NCBI GenBank assembly: GCA_029953675.1
Contig: JAMWBK010000005.1
Coordinates: 2,542,001-2,606,000, forward strand
Direction: 5' to 3'
DNA: 64,000 nt
Source of the DNA: Rhodosorus marinus CCMP1338
Taxonomy: Eukaryota; Plantae; Rhodophyta
Position numbers and translations under genes: made by a program. Shown here piece by piece: positions 50,936-63,041 of the stretch. Position 1 is the first letter of the stretch. The number at the start of each line of letters is the position of its first letter. The notes under the pieces were generated by a model. The model ran no database searches. It had not been told where the DNA came from and was given only the letters and a program-made list of their open reading frames with translations.

Positions 50936-51679
50936 ATGTTTGAAAATCCGAAGTACTCGACGTGGGCTAAGAGGGTGCCGACGGATGTTTACCCTTTGGC
51001 GATAGCGCTTGGTGCTAGTGTTGGGTTCATTGTTTACTTCGCAAATTCAAAGGCTAATGATCAACATTTTACGCTGAGGAGAGATGCGAGGATGAGTTTT
51101 GATGAACAGTTTAAGTATAGGGAGAACCCGCACCTAAGCTGGTTCAGCAGACTAAAGGATAGGGAGTGGCCGTTCTTTAAGGGGGTGTCAGGCTATGGGT
51201 CCGTAAGTGGAATCCAAAAGTCGGACATCAGTTCAATTGACCCAAGATCCAAGGAGAAGTCGATTGTCGTCGACGTCCCACTCGAAGACGAAGAAGAAGA
51301 GGAAGAGGAGGAAGAAGTAACTGAGGAACCGTCTGCCGACGATGGTGAAGAGCCAGCTGCAGATGGCGGCGTCGAATCCGATGTATCCTCTGAAGAAGCG
51401 CCTCCTATAAGCGCGGCGGCAGTGGATGAATCCAGTGTATCTGAAACGCCGACGGAAGAGACAGCGATCTATACTCCTCCGGTGGAAGAACCTGAGGTCC
51501 CAGCAGAAGCTGAGGCTCCCGCCTCCGAACCCGCGGCTGAACCCGAACATGCGGCACCAGTAGAAGAAGCAGTGGTAGTAGAGGCAGCAGAGGCAGCAGA
51601 GGTAGCAGAGGTAGTAGAGGCAGCAGAGGCAGCAGAGGCAGCAGAGGCAGCAGAGCCCGTGGCGGCCGCTGCAGAATAA
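50936..51679 (+). CDS. B12D/NDUFA4-family protein with a long acidic E/A/P/V-rich C-terminal tail (single exon)
   Basis: N-terminal WAKRVPTDVYPLAIALGASVGFIVYF resembles plant B12D WLRPEVYPLFAAVGVAVG. Uninterrupted 247-aa ORF. Confidence 0.65.
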   Translation: MFENPKYSTWAKRVPTDVYPLAIALGASVGFIVYFANSKANDQHFTLRRDARMSFDEQFKYRENPHLSWFSRLKDREWPFFKGVSGYGSVSGIQKSDISSIDPRSKEKSIVVDVPLEDEEEEEEEEEVTEEPSADDGEEPAADGGVESDVSSEEAPPISAAAVDESSVSETPTEETAIYTPPVEEPEVPAEAEAPASEPAAEPEHAAPVEEAVVVEAAEAAEVAEVVEAAEAAEAAEAAEPVAAAAE

Positions 51680-51913
51680 TCGTGTGTTTGAGTGAACTGA
51701 GAAAATACTATTGAGTTACAATTTGAATTGTAGGAGTACAAGTATTAATGAATACCAAAATGCTCCTGGTTTATAACCGGCCTTTTGCTAAGTAAAAGGC
51801 GATCTTTTACCATAATATGCTAACCCCGCTACCACAGCCCACACCCCATGGCGGCAAGACCGAGCTTTGGGCCCCTCTTAGCTGAGCAGATTCCCGAAGC
51901 ATCGCATCCTTCA

Positions 51914-52810
51914 ACTGTGGCCTGCTTCGTCCAACTGCATGTACCGATAGAACGCGTCCGGATGGAGGCAGTCTGCGAGAACCTCTATATCGAGAAACCT
52001 GGGTAGGAGTAGAGAGCGTTATACTCCATGTTAGTACACAAGGGTGCCAAAAAAAGTTCACGACTTCATCATCGTCTTCACGCACTTTGCAGAAGTTGGA
52101 AGCGTAGACCCAAAAGCTTTTCCTGCGCTCAAGTCGGGGTACCTTGTCCTCTGCTGCAAGAGTTTCAACTTTCTGTACGGCCAGTACCGTATACCGCGGA
52201 GCCGACAAATCTTCTTGAAAACAGAAAGGCTAACGCAGAACACTTCTGCAACCTGTGCGCGCGGGGTGCGAAAGTGTGGTATGAGATCGTCTAGACAGAT
52301 TTGCAACGACTTGGCTATCTTAAAGGAGCGATCTTTGGATCTCGAGCTGTCAGAGAACCTGCTACTCGCTAGGTGACTCTTCCATAGGCCCGAGGTAATA
52401 GGTAGTGCTGCCGTTTTAAACTGACGTAGGTCGAAAACGCTGATCCTCCCTCGCACGCGTTGGAAGGCACAGAGCGGCTTACCGAAACGGCACTGTTCTA
52501 TTTCCAAAAGCAAAAATGACAGTGGTCCGATAATAGGTTTGGAACGATCTCCACCCTTGGAGACAACGTTAATTGTCACGGGAAGAGCCCCAGAAGATCG
52601 CACATGAGGTTGTACGAGAAAGTGGACGAACAAACACTCGGGAGGGTCGCTGTTGGATCCGCCGGGTACCTCCACGTGACCTTTTCGATCCTCTTGTGAA
52701 CTGTCGCGGTACCACGTACCAGAGGATGTAACAACCGCTGCTTCCAAACCATCAAAACCAACGTATGTCTCTATACAAAACGCTTTGGGAAGTTGCTCGT
52801 CCTCGTCCAT
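51914..52810 (-). CDS. RWP-RK domain transcription factor (ends and introns approximate)
   Basis: ICLDDLIPHFRTPRAQVAEVFCVSLSVFKKICRLRGIRYWPYRKLK at about 52300-52165 matches the RWP-RK domain. Confidence 0.8.
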
Positions 52811-54080
52811 TGCTCTGGCTCGAAAGAGATCCGCACCCAAACTTCACGCTTCTTCAGGTGCGCAGTGAGTAGCAATTTCGCACAATCAGGCAAGGAATTT
52901 TTGACTTCTTATGCTCACGGAATCGTGAGGACACACCAACTAGCCCGTTGAAAGGATAGACCTCGAAGAGCTCAACCGAACTGATCAGAAAGGCGATGAA
53001 CCTCTCCCAGAAGTTTCCATAGAGTCAGTAGCACGATGGAGAGCGCGGAAGACCGGGATTACTTGTACGGTATAGGGTTCAAATGGAAACAGTTGAGCAC
53101 TGTTCCAGAGAAAAAAATCCTCTCATCCCTTTCATCTCGTGCTATTGAATCACAAGTTCCGAGCGGGGATCCATCGATTCCACAGCCCAAGGGGCTCCGT
53201 GCACTATGAGAAAATCGAAGCATGCGCACTCCTTCAAGTTCAAATTGCGTTTTTCATAAGGCCATCGAATCAAATTGGAAGCCGTAAATAGCACATATTA
53301 ACACAGGATCATGCAGAGGCCCGACATGGAAGGAACACTCGCATTCTGACTCCTCCCTTAGAATCACCACACATCCGAAAACGTCAGAGGTCAAAATAGA
53401 TCATGGGGTCATTTTCCCACCGGAATTCAACAGATTCGAAAAGGAACTGCGCTGACACTAAAAATACTGAAACACAAGTGATCAATTTTATTTAGAAATT
53501 CAATCATATTTAACCAATCATGTTAATGGATCAATACTAAAAACGAGAAGATTTTCCACTTCATGAGGGTTGAATTGGATATCAATTCTGGATTGCTTTT
53601 CATGAGGGAGTTTGAGTTGGATCGTGTAACAATGACATGGATAGTTATTCATCAGCTAGAATCGGGTCTGTCAGGATCATATTCAGATTTTACGTACTTT
53701 GTTTTACTGAGAAAACCATGCTGTGGAGGAGTTAGTAGGGTAGCAACGACGGGCATCCTCCACCCCCCCGCCCCCCAAACCAAGTCCGCCCAAGCATCGT
53801 GGTAATGAGCGGGGAGGGCGACACTTTCGACTGTGCCCTACCAAGCGAAGGATCGTCGCGAAAGGCCGAAGGACTTTTCATTCGAGCTGATGATCATTGT
53901 CGACTCGTATCCAGCTTTCGAAGTACTGTCGTATATTTAGCACTTAGCTTTGAACAGGTGCGTCGCCGTTCATCCATGTCCACCTGCTGAGCAAGCTTCT
54001 GGGTCTACCTTCAGTTTTCTAAAGTCCACATTCATACAGTCTGATTGCAGTTGTTCGGAATGTGCTCGCTGATAGGTTCT

Positions 54081-54792
54081 CTAGCTCGGGGGAAAGGAAA
54101 ACGAGCGAATCACGACGCACTGACCAGCGTAGATCCCTTTTGAGTCAGCTAGATTGAAGAGGGTTCCGTCCTCAATAAGGAAATCTTTTCCATTGATCTG
54201 TCGTGGCGCGTTGGACAACTGCGTTGGGCCAAGCAGCAGCGTTTTTCGCAAGATCTGGTTCCGCTCCGCCTGTGCATCGTCGTCAGCTGTTGTGCTGGTG
54301 TTTGATAGGAGATGGACGAACTGGTCAAATGTGAGGTCAAAGGAGTCCAAAGTTGTCTTGTTGGCGTATGTAAAACCGTTTTCGTATCCACTCTGCCGAA
54401 AAAGAACAAGACGATCAGAAACGCGCACCGATACGCCCGGTGGTTTTCGTGTGGACTCGGTTGTGGGCTGTGCCTACCTCCGATTCAAAGCGATCGTGCG
54501 CCATAATTATGTAAGGATGATTGAACAACATTGCTGCGGCTTGCTTTTCGCTCGTCAGGTCCTCTGGTGGAATCAACTCCTCCTTGCAGCTGAAACTGTA
54601 GCTGTCGAGGATCGATCTCGCGAGCTTTAATTTGTTGTTCGTCGACAAAGTCCCTTCCTCAGTCATCCCCTCCATTCTCGCGCACGTTGATTCGCGAACC
54701 CTTCGACAACTGCGGGAGCCACTCTTCTTCGGCAAATTCAAACCAATAAATGCGATATCCACATCGACATCCACATCACCTGCCTTCCCCAT
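54081..54792 (-). CDS. Stand-alone MEKHLA (PAS-like) domain protein with an N-terminal transit-peptide-like extension (2 exons)
   Basis: LFNHPYIIMAHD|..FTYANKTTLDSFDLTFDQF..AERNQIL..GKDFLIEDGTLFNLADSKGIYAGQCVVIRSF follows the MEKHLA pattern (P..I.SH, F.YAN, ER..LL, G..F.I....WNL.D..G...GQ). A phase-0 intron joins the two ORFs. Confidence 0.8.
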
Positions 54793-55175
54793 AAATCTCA
54801 ATAGACAATCGACGAAGGCAACGAAGACTCTCAATCTGACTCCTGCTCTCACCGCGGTGGTAGGATACAGATCTCCCAACTCTCCTTCTCTTGAAGGCTA
54901 AGTCTGCTACGAGCCTATTGTCTCTAGTTGGAAATTGGTTCTCCCTTTACCTCAAACTACCCTAAACAACCGGCTAGCATTCGTGATGCCACAGAGTCGA
55001 ATTGAGTCAACCCCCGTTCCACGGGTTTCCATTTAGAAGATAGCGAAACGAAGACGTCGAAGAGGCAGAGTTGGATTGAACGTATGGCCACAGAGATCTA
55101 CTAGGCTGCACAAGTACGCTAGCTGTTGGTAGTCTCACGAAGTGGGCTTATAGATCAATAAGGCTGTTCGGGGTC

Positions 55176-55720
55176 CTTGACGAACTTGATGAAAGCTGTT
55201 TGGTGGGCCTCTCCAGAGAGGGTCTAAAAAGTTGAACCAAGCTTCTTCTTGGGCGGGTCTGGGTGGCGCTGATCTTCAGGGGCGGCAGGTCAGGGAGGAA
55301 AGGGATAATAGTCTGCGATTATGGGATGGTGTTTTAGGTCCCACCCTTCTCTTGATCGCTGCTCTCGCGGAGGGGGCTTGGTATTGAGATCTTCGGTTGA
55401 GCACTGTAGGCGTCCGCAGTTGGTTGAGGTTTGTGTTGCGGCTTGGAGGGTGCTTGGTTGTAGTTGTTTCAGGTATGGCCATTTCCCGTAGCTAGCTCTG
55501 AACGTATAAACCGTGTAGAAGGCAATAGGTGGGATGCGTTTTCGGCTGCCGAACCCCAGCCTCACCTGCCGATGGGGCGGATTGGGGTTCGGCACCCGCA
55601 CCGTGAGCGCTTCACTAGAGAAGCTCGAATAGAGAGTGTTTTCACCGAACTGGATCCCAAGTCTGGTTACCATCAAACAAGAGTGCCAGATGACCACGCA
55701 TAGAATACTGCCTTGTGTTG
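55176..55720 (+). mobile_element. Highly degenerate Ty3/gypsy reverse-transcriptase fossil
   Basis: Collinear decayed motifs LDEL.., VEPS/SSWA (vs IEPS.SPWA), DNSLRL (vs DGSLRL), ALNV*TV (vs RALNKVT) and VFTELDPKSGYHQTRV..NTAL (vs VFSKLDLKSGYHQIRV..KTAF), with stops and frameshifts. Confidence 0.65.
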
Positions 55721-57977
55721 GGGGTGTAAGTATCTCCCAACCGCAGTAGCCCTCCCAACGGTCACTCCATCTCCTTCCGCTGAGGAGCATAGCTCTTAGT
55801 GACCACCAAACACTTGGGCACCTAAATCATCACCCGAGATGGATCCCGGTGGTCAATGCGCAGCGGCAGCTCGCCAGTCCTTTCCATATGGCGAAAACCA
55901 AAGTGAAATGCTGTGAACTATATCAGAACCATCTGCAAACGCCAGAAAACGCTTTGCAGCATATGCGTGGATACTTCCACTACCACGCCATCCTCATCGG
56001 TCCATACTATATACGATCTAATTGACCAAATAAACAATATTATGTCGATTAAAACGATAACTCTGCTCATTGCAAAATACGTCATAAATTTCGGTGACTT
56101 TTCAGCCCCAACTATCCAGAACGACGCCACAAGATGATGCTACTCAAGTTTTTTGCAATATTTCTCGCTGTCTGGAAGCCAATATTCTTGAAAACGGGAT
56201 TGTCGTGGAGAAAAAACAAAGTGGGCCCCAAGCCAAAGAAATGGGTACAGACATTATCCAATTAAGTATTAGCACGTGTTCTTCGCATCCGCACGTGATT
56301 GTCGAAAAATGTTGTTTTTACTAGTATTTACTTTGGGGAAGTGAATTTTTTTTCTGTGATCCATCGGGTGGTGCAAACTACAGAGACCTTTTTCCTCCCT
56401 CAGGCCCTGTAGCAGGATTCTAATTATGGCACTGGAAGAGTTGGAATATGGAAATTCTTGATCCCGATTGATCGATTTCGAAACTCTGATAGAGGTGGCA
56501 AAAAATCTGGCACGAGTATTTTTGGGTTCCACTGGGTTTTGTTGAAAAGGGGGGGAAAAGAAATAAATAGAAAAGCTTTTCTTAGTGTGTGTACTCGCGT
56601 TTTATCATTGACTGGGTACTTGATCGGGATTTGTATGTTTACCCCCTGGCGACGGTTATAGTTGGCCGGGGGCACTGGTACCCATGCCTCCTGCCAGTAG
56701 CTTCTTTCGGAAATTTTTTTTTTTTCTTGGTACAGTGGCTGATAGCTGGAACACGAAAACCATCACAAAAGGGTACCAAATAGGCGATTGCCTTCGGAGG
56801 GGAAACGGGGGTTTACTTTGTTCTTCTAAAGGAGGTACTGGTTCATCGCCGTGGGTGATGAAAATTAGGAAGTTTATTGATTATCCCTTCATATATTTCG
56901 CGAAAAAGCAAAATACTGCGACCATCTTTGTGCATTATTTAAGAAAATATAGAACCATAAATTGCAGATTTATCCCATTGCAATGGCCCATCTTCTGTAG
57001 AAATATCAAGAAGCGCTATTTTGATACTGTATGACTCCTAGATTTCTAATTATTGAATTAGATAGCACAACATTTGTCATTTTTCAGCTCCGAAATTTGA
57101 GAAAATGTATCTAAATAATGTAAATCCACAAAAATGATAAAACCACTCAGCAAGAACGGAAACGGGGTAACACGTCAGATCGCGGGTTCTTCTAAAATTG
57201 GAAGGGGGGTAGGCGATTGCCGGAACACCACCTCAGAAAATTGAGAAATAGATTCTTTTCCACTCCGAAGAAAACAACATTTTTCCTGATTGCAATGAGG
57301 GAGGTTCCCAAGTACTCTCTGAAAATAACAGAGAAGTGGGGTTTTTGCATATGCGCCTGACCTTGATATGTTGCCCAGAAGTAGACGCATTTTCCAATCA
57401 ATTCCTTGAGGATCTTTCCTTATCCCCCCCCTTTCCCGCTGTAGTTACTTGGAAATAGATAGTTCAACACCTTCAAAATATTTGGGAAATCAAGTACCTT
57501 TTTCGGTTGCAGATGTTCGAGGATTGTAGAAAAAAAATTGAAGTCACGTATTGCTTAATAAAAGCAAATATGCTCTCGGTACGAACAAAATTGCATTTAA
57601 AACTATATTAACATCTACTCAGCACATCCAACTAAGAAAAAAAAAAGTTAAATTTTGGTTGGCTGGGGGTAGGCCAATGAATTGAGATTTCCTCTTCTCT
57701 TTCCGGTGAGAGTGAAAATTGGTTGAATTTAGATATGAAATGAAAAGTGCGCAGGTTTTGGCGATGAGCATTTGCAAATAAAGAGTTGAAGTGTAATGGG
57801 GAGGGCTGGAGGGCGGGAGAGGGGGTGGGGAGCCCGGGGGACGGCGAAGGGAACATGGAATGTGTTGCTGGTACATGAAGGGGAGAAAGGGTGCTGAGTA
57901 CAAAGCGTGTAGTGAGAAGGTGGATTGGGCTAGGTGGGAAGGCGGAAACTTGGTGCTGAGAATTCTGACGGAAAAAA

Positions 57978-58842
57978 ATGGAGAATGGAAAGGTTTTCGA
58001 GAGGGGGTATGAGGAGGAGGCTATGCCTGCTCCGGACCAGTTCCGGAAGTTTGATTCTCCGTTGAGCATGAAAACTGCTGAAGGTATGTCTACTCGCTGA
58101 ATTGGAATAAGAGTTTTGGTCGGGATGCTGACATTCAGGTTACCTTGCGCCACTTATAGAGTACTTGGAAACTGTCCGAGAAGAGTTCGAGGCAGATGCT
58201 CAGCAGATAGTCAAGAGCGTTGCGCAAATACTTCGGAATTACCGCAGTTTAGATAAGAAGTTCTTGGGGTTCGGATATCACAAGAGGGCACAGAAAGTTT
58301 ATGACGAGGCTAAGGATGTGGAGGAGACTGTGAATAGCGCTGAGAAGAGGCTCGAGGAAATTGTGCGCGGTATTGACACGGGCTACGGAGGCTCTATCGC
58401 ACGTGAAACGTTTGTGAGGGAAATGTATCCACTGTTGGAGAATTCCAGACAGTCCATTCACGACTTGGCGATTCGAAGTGAGCTTCTCAAGACAACTGAC
58501 GAGGAACCGCCCGAAGATTTTTGCTGTCTTATCTGCATGGATCTGTTGTATCATCCCGTGACGCTCATGTGCGGACACAGATATTGCGAGCACTGCATGA
58601 AACTTGCGAGCAAGAGATCATCGAAGTGTCCACTGTGCCGTCGGGATGGTATGATGAAGCACGGTCGAGAGGACACTGAGCTAAACGCATTCCTGAAGAA
58701 ACGCTATCCGGATGCGTACCGGGGGAGACAAATTGATCGATTCCAACGTCAGCAGAGAGAATATGAGAAGGTTCTAGTTCGGTATGAGCGGGTCAGAAAT
58801 ATGAGGGAGAGGGGGGGAACTGAAATCGAAAGCGGAGCCTAG
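57978..58842 (+). CDS. C3HC4 RING-finger E3 ubiquitin ligase (2 exons)
   Basis: CLICMDLLYHPVTLMCGHRYCEHCM..CPLCR. An intron at about 58085-58159 joins MENGKVFERG..KTAE to EYLETVREEF. Confidence 0.85.
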
Positions 58843-61579
58843 TGGACAGAAGCGTTGGAATTGGGGACAGAACCCAGGCTAGCAGTGCTGTTGATTTATT
58901 TGTTTGTTGATGTGATTGTGAATGTCTTATTATCCCGATGTGGAGTTTTGTCCGGCACGATGGACTAGTCTGAAAATGCACATATATGACCGCCCGTTCA
59001 AAGCGAAATGTAGGAGAACTATGCCTTTGTTGCGGTTAGGCCATTCCATATGCGAGGTGTTAAAAAGCAAGAAAGAAACCCAAACGAAAAATTGAAGGTG
59101 TCCTCTTCTATCATATGAAAGTCACCATTTGGATGATACAGCCCAGATTTTCAACGGAATGTTCCGCTGCATGACCCAGTCATGGAACGAAGAACTGCAC
59201 GTACGAACGCACCCACCAAACTCTGCCGTTGGGCGAGTCGCTTACACCTTCTCCTCCAACTGACGAGACTAGATTACCAAGGAACCATACGTTTGCGTCC
59301 ACCTCCCCCTGCGACGTATGCTGTGGAAACTCCCTCGTCGAATCCTGCAACTCTTAGAGATCCCTTATCGGGCTGAGCGAGCAGGCATCGAATGACCTCG
59401 ATCATCATCAACCGCTGTCCCAAAACAACAAAATTCGTGGTCAGCAGTTTGAGACTAGATTCTTCCCTAATTCAAATAAAACGATATTCCATCAAAGAAA
59501 CATCCAAAACTCATTAACCCCTGAACCAATCGTGACCCGAAAAGTAGTGAAGTTCCCAAAAAAAAAGTAAAACAAATTCGTCAACCTCCCCATTTGATAT
59601 CTACTGTCAGGATCAATTAATTTCATTCACCAAAGGGAATGGCGGGAATACCATTTTCTCTCTCTCACTGTGTCTCTCTCTCTCACCACTTTTTGGACCA
59701 CGGCAATGCAATCCGTTTTTTGAACGTTTTTGAAAATGTTTGGACCGGACCAAAATAATTGCACGTATGATCTTTTTTTTTCTTCGTTTTTTAAAATTTC
59801 CTGTAATGGCCCTGTAACATTTGGATTGCATCTTTGACCCGTGTAAGTTCTTTCTTTTTTGTTTGGGTCTCGCCCAAGGGATGGGTATTGTCGAGAGATT
59901 TGTTCTCCGACTAAAAACGCAAAGCATTTTGCTTTCGATCTTGGCTCTGCTTCAGTCTGGAGTCTGAGTTTGGTCGCATGAAAGAGAGGATAACATCAGA
60001 GATACTCCACACTTCACCTGCATTTGCGACTCGCCTTTCCCCGTCCTATGACACCCACCGGGGGTCGCTATTTTTCCAGAAAACAGAGACAAGTTGTGGA
60101 CGGACAATGGTAGTTCTTCGCCGCCTCCTCCAGGATTCTCCAAACCCACCATCTTAGACAAAACTTTTGTGGCTATGAACCGCACGCTCTGGATGGGCGA
60201 CTCTTAGGTTGCGCTTCGCAGGTATGAGAGTGCCGGTAGACGTTAGTTGCCTGTGTTTACTGACGAAAGTGTAGCCATACACTTGTGACTCCCCCTTCTC
60301 TGTCCTCGAACCTCGAACCCAAATGGGATTGTTAGCTTTGCATTAAGCCAAGGATACCTTGTAGTTCTCCATTCCATGTCCCAGGACACCCACTCGGGTG
60401 TGTTAGGTTTCCAGTCAAACAAAGGATTTACTATATTAGGCTTTTCGTAAAGAGACGGCAAACATATGCTCAGCAAAGCGAGAGTTTAGATGTATTCTGG
60501 CCGACCCCGTTTTAAGTATTGGTCCACCATTAGTATGTTAAGCGCGCGAGTATGCTCGCCTGTCTCGCCTTTGTTTCTCTCGAGTTCAAAGAGCTGGTGT
60601 AGTGCTACAGACTTGCATGGGAGTGCTTTTGCACTGGGCCATTCGCTTCTTGTATCCACAAGCTTTACCCTCGACGAATCAATTCTCCATCTCACATCGT
60701 GGCGAGAGGGAAGCCGATCGGCCCATCGTCTCCATGGTGAACGCTCGTCTCAAAGAGCGAGCAGAAAAAACCTTCGAGCGCTTGGGCTTCTGTTTGAAGG
60801 TATACGATCTGTGTTGTCGACTCTTGTTGGGCAAGTGCGCCGCTGATGTTATTGAAGCACCGCCGGTGGGTTCCGGTGGACAAGTGGGGTCCTCACCGTA
60901 ATTCGTTTCTAAGCTCTGGTAGGCGAAGGAAATATTTGGCCGCAGCACAATGGTATTCCCCCGCGAACAGAATCTCCAGAGAGCCTGAATTCAAGCAAGT
61001 TTAGAGAATCGCAGAGCCGTTCAATACGCACGTAGCTCATTGTCATCAGAAGTAATCGTCTCCGAGTGAGTTTAGTCTGTCATTTTTATCATGCACCCAG
61101 CTGGGTTATCTTTGGAGCCTATTACACCTCAAGCATGAAGCGTTTCCCGAAGTTTTGCGTGAAAATTTCCGACGAAGGCTCGAGTCGGGGTCGTGGGCGT
61201 TTCCAACGCTTCCTCTCATTCTTCCATTGGCAGTCACTGCTCAAGTATCAGAGGGGGATCGCCGAGCGTTCATAAGCGGTGCGTTCTCCTTTGCCAAAGC
61301 TCTGGGCCTTTTCATTGTTTGATATCAACTTCGTCCCACGTGGCGCCAACCACGGAACTAACGAGATTGCTAGTTAGGGATAAAGTATTTAGTCGCGTAT
61401 CCACAGGGAAGTTCGGTCATCAAAATGCTGCACCACTTTCGTACTAGCGCGCATGGTTTCCAACCGGGTTGGTTCCCTGAAGTAGTTCTACGTACCACAG
61501 GGAAACGCCTTGTTAATGCCACAGCTTGCCTTCCCGGAAACAAGCAAAGCACGGATGCGTTGCTTTTGAAGAGCAGAGG

Positions 61580-62136
61580 CTACTTCTTGGTATATGCTAA
61601 TCCAAGCATCTCCACGAGCTGATCTCGCCTCCTGCATCGAAACGCGGGTACATGCAGTGATTTAGCTTAATCTCATCGTGCAGGGGATGGTTTGCCGATG
61701 AGTTTCCAAAGACGAACAAAGCGTTAAGTCCGTACAAGAATTTCTCGATCTCACCGTTTTCCGTCCGCAACGAGAAACTGAATCCTCCGCAGATCATCAA
61801 CGTTCCTACAGATGCGCAGGCAATTGCGCTCCGCTGTTAGTGCGGAAAAGGTGGACGGAATGGGACCCGGCTCAGTACCGCATGCTTGGTCCTCGACAAA
61901 TCTCACCTGTGTACTGTGAACTCAGTCTTGATCTGCTCCACAAGAGCTTGTCGGGTGTCCTACAGAGCCAAAACAATCACATCTGAACAAAACCCTATCC
62001 TCAAAATAGTCTGCAAAAAAAAAACAGAAATTCCTCGCACCTTGGATACCGTCCTGGAACTAGCCGTTCGAAGCAAATCACGGTAGAGATCTAAGACCTT
62101 AGCTCTATAGATGAATCTGGTTAGTTCAGATGCCAT
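61580..62136 (-). CDS. Mitochondrial LYR-motif protein (LYRM2-like), 4 short exons
   Basis: Spliced product MASELTRFIYRAKVLDLYRDLLRTASSRTVSK|DTRQALVEQIKTEFTVHR|NVDDLRRIQFLVADGKR|RRDQLVEMLGLAYTKK*, with the LYR motif, downstream EF motif and phase-compatible GT-AG introns. Confidence 0.85.
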
Positions 62137-63041
62137 AACCAGCTTCTTTCGTCAGGTAAGAGTCCATCCCAATCTAGTCTAAGAACGTCCGAAAAAAATT
62201 TCCGCGGATCTGCTTGTCAAGATGTTCACCTGCTGTCAGTTTCTTCTTCTTGAAGGAGGATGCGACGAGAACAACTGGAAAAGGAGCCCCAAGTTGATGA
62301 CGAAGAAGAAGACCTCGACGATAAATGATGAACCACTATCGAAGAGCATTGACTTATAAATAGAACTGAATTTCGTCCAAAAACAGGAGTTTTGCTGTAA
62401 AAAGCGAAGACGACGCAGAGGAGTCTCGGTGCCGAGCAGATCGGAAGCAGAGGGTTACAAGCAATCGAGAAGGTACGTATTGACCTTGCGAGCGCTGTAT
62501 TTTGGCTTGATAGTCACGGATGTCAATGTCCGAGGAAGCGCTGGCTCTAGTGGACATGTTCTCGGAAGAACGAAACCATGCAGCAATTTTCTGATCGCCG
62601 CAGCCGATCTACACTGTCATCAAGTCTTGAACATCGCTGAAGTTAAGATTCAATGTTCGGGTAGAACGGGAGAGGCTGCTTATCTTCAAACCATAATGTA
62701 CTTTATGTCTGATTGAGGAGGTCTACTTGTGTGGAGTCGGTGCTTAATAGCGCACTCATCTGGTCTGGATATTTGCAATGACCCAGCCCACGTACACATC
62801 ATCACATTTCGGTGTCAAGCCACAGGTCGTTCGGAAAGATTTTCTTGTGTATTCATGTTGTTGAAACGCAAGTAGTTCTAGCATGCAAACACACCTTGAC
62901 GCTCCTTTCCTCACTCGTTGTCCTCGTGTTCAAGCCAAACAAATCTGCGAGGACGGATCGGAAGTCCATGGAATGTGTTTGGGGGTTGACGGACAAACAA
63001 AGACAAAAAAAAACACACAAGGGCAGGGCAAACGCATTTCC

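Noticed and set aside
55900-56100. Helitron Rep HUH-like motif (RGSGSIH) on the minus strand
   Set aside because: It lacks the conserved E.Q.RG..H.H spacing and any other Rep or helicase motif.
61597-61800. FkbM-type methyltransferase suggested by YGLNALFV
   Set aside because: The segment is explained as an intron plus alternate frames of the LYR-motif gene.
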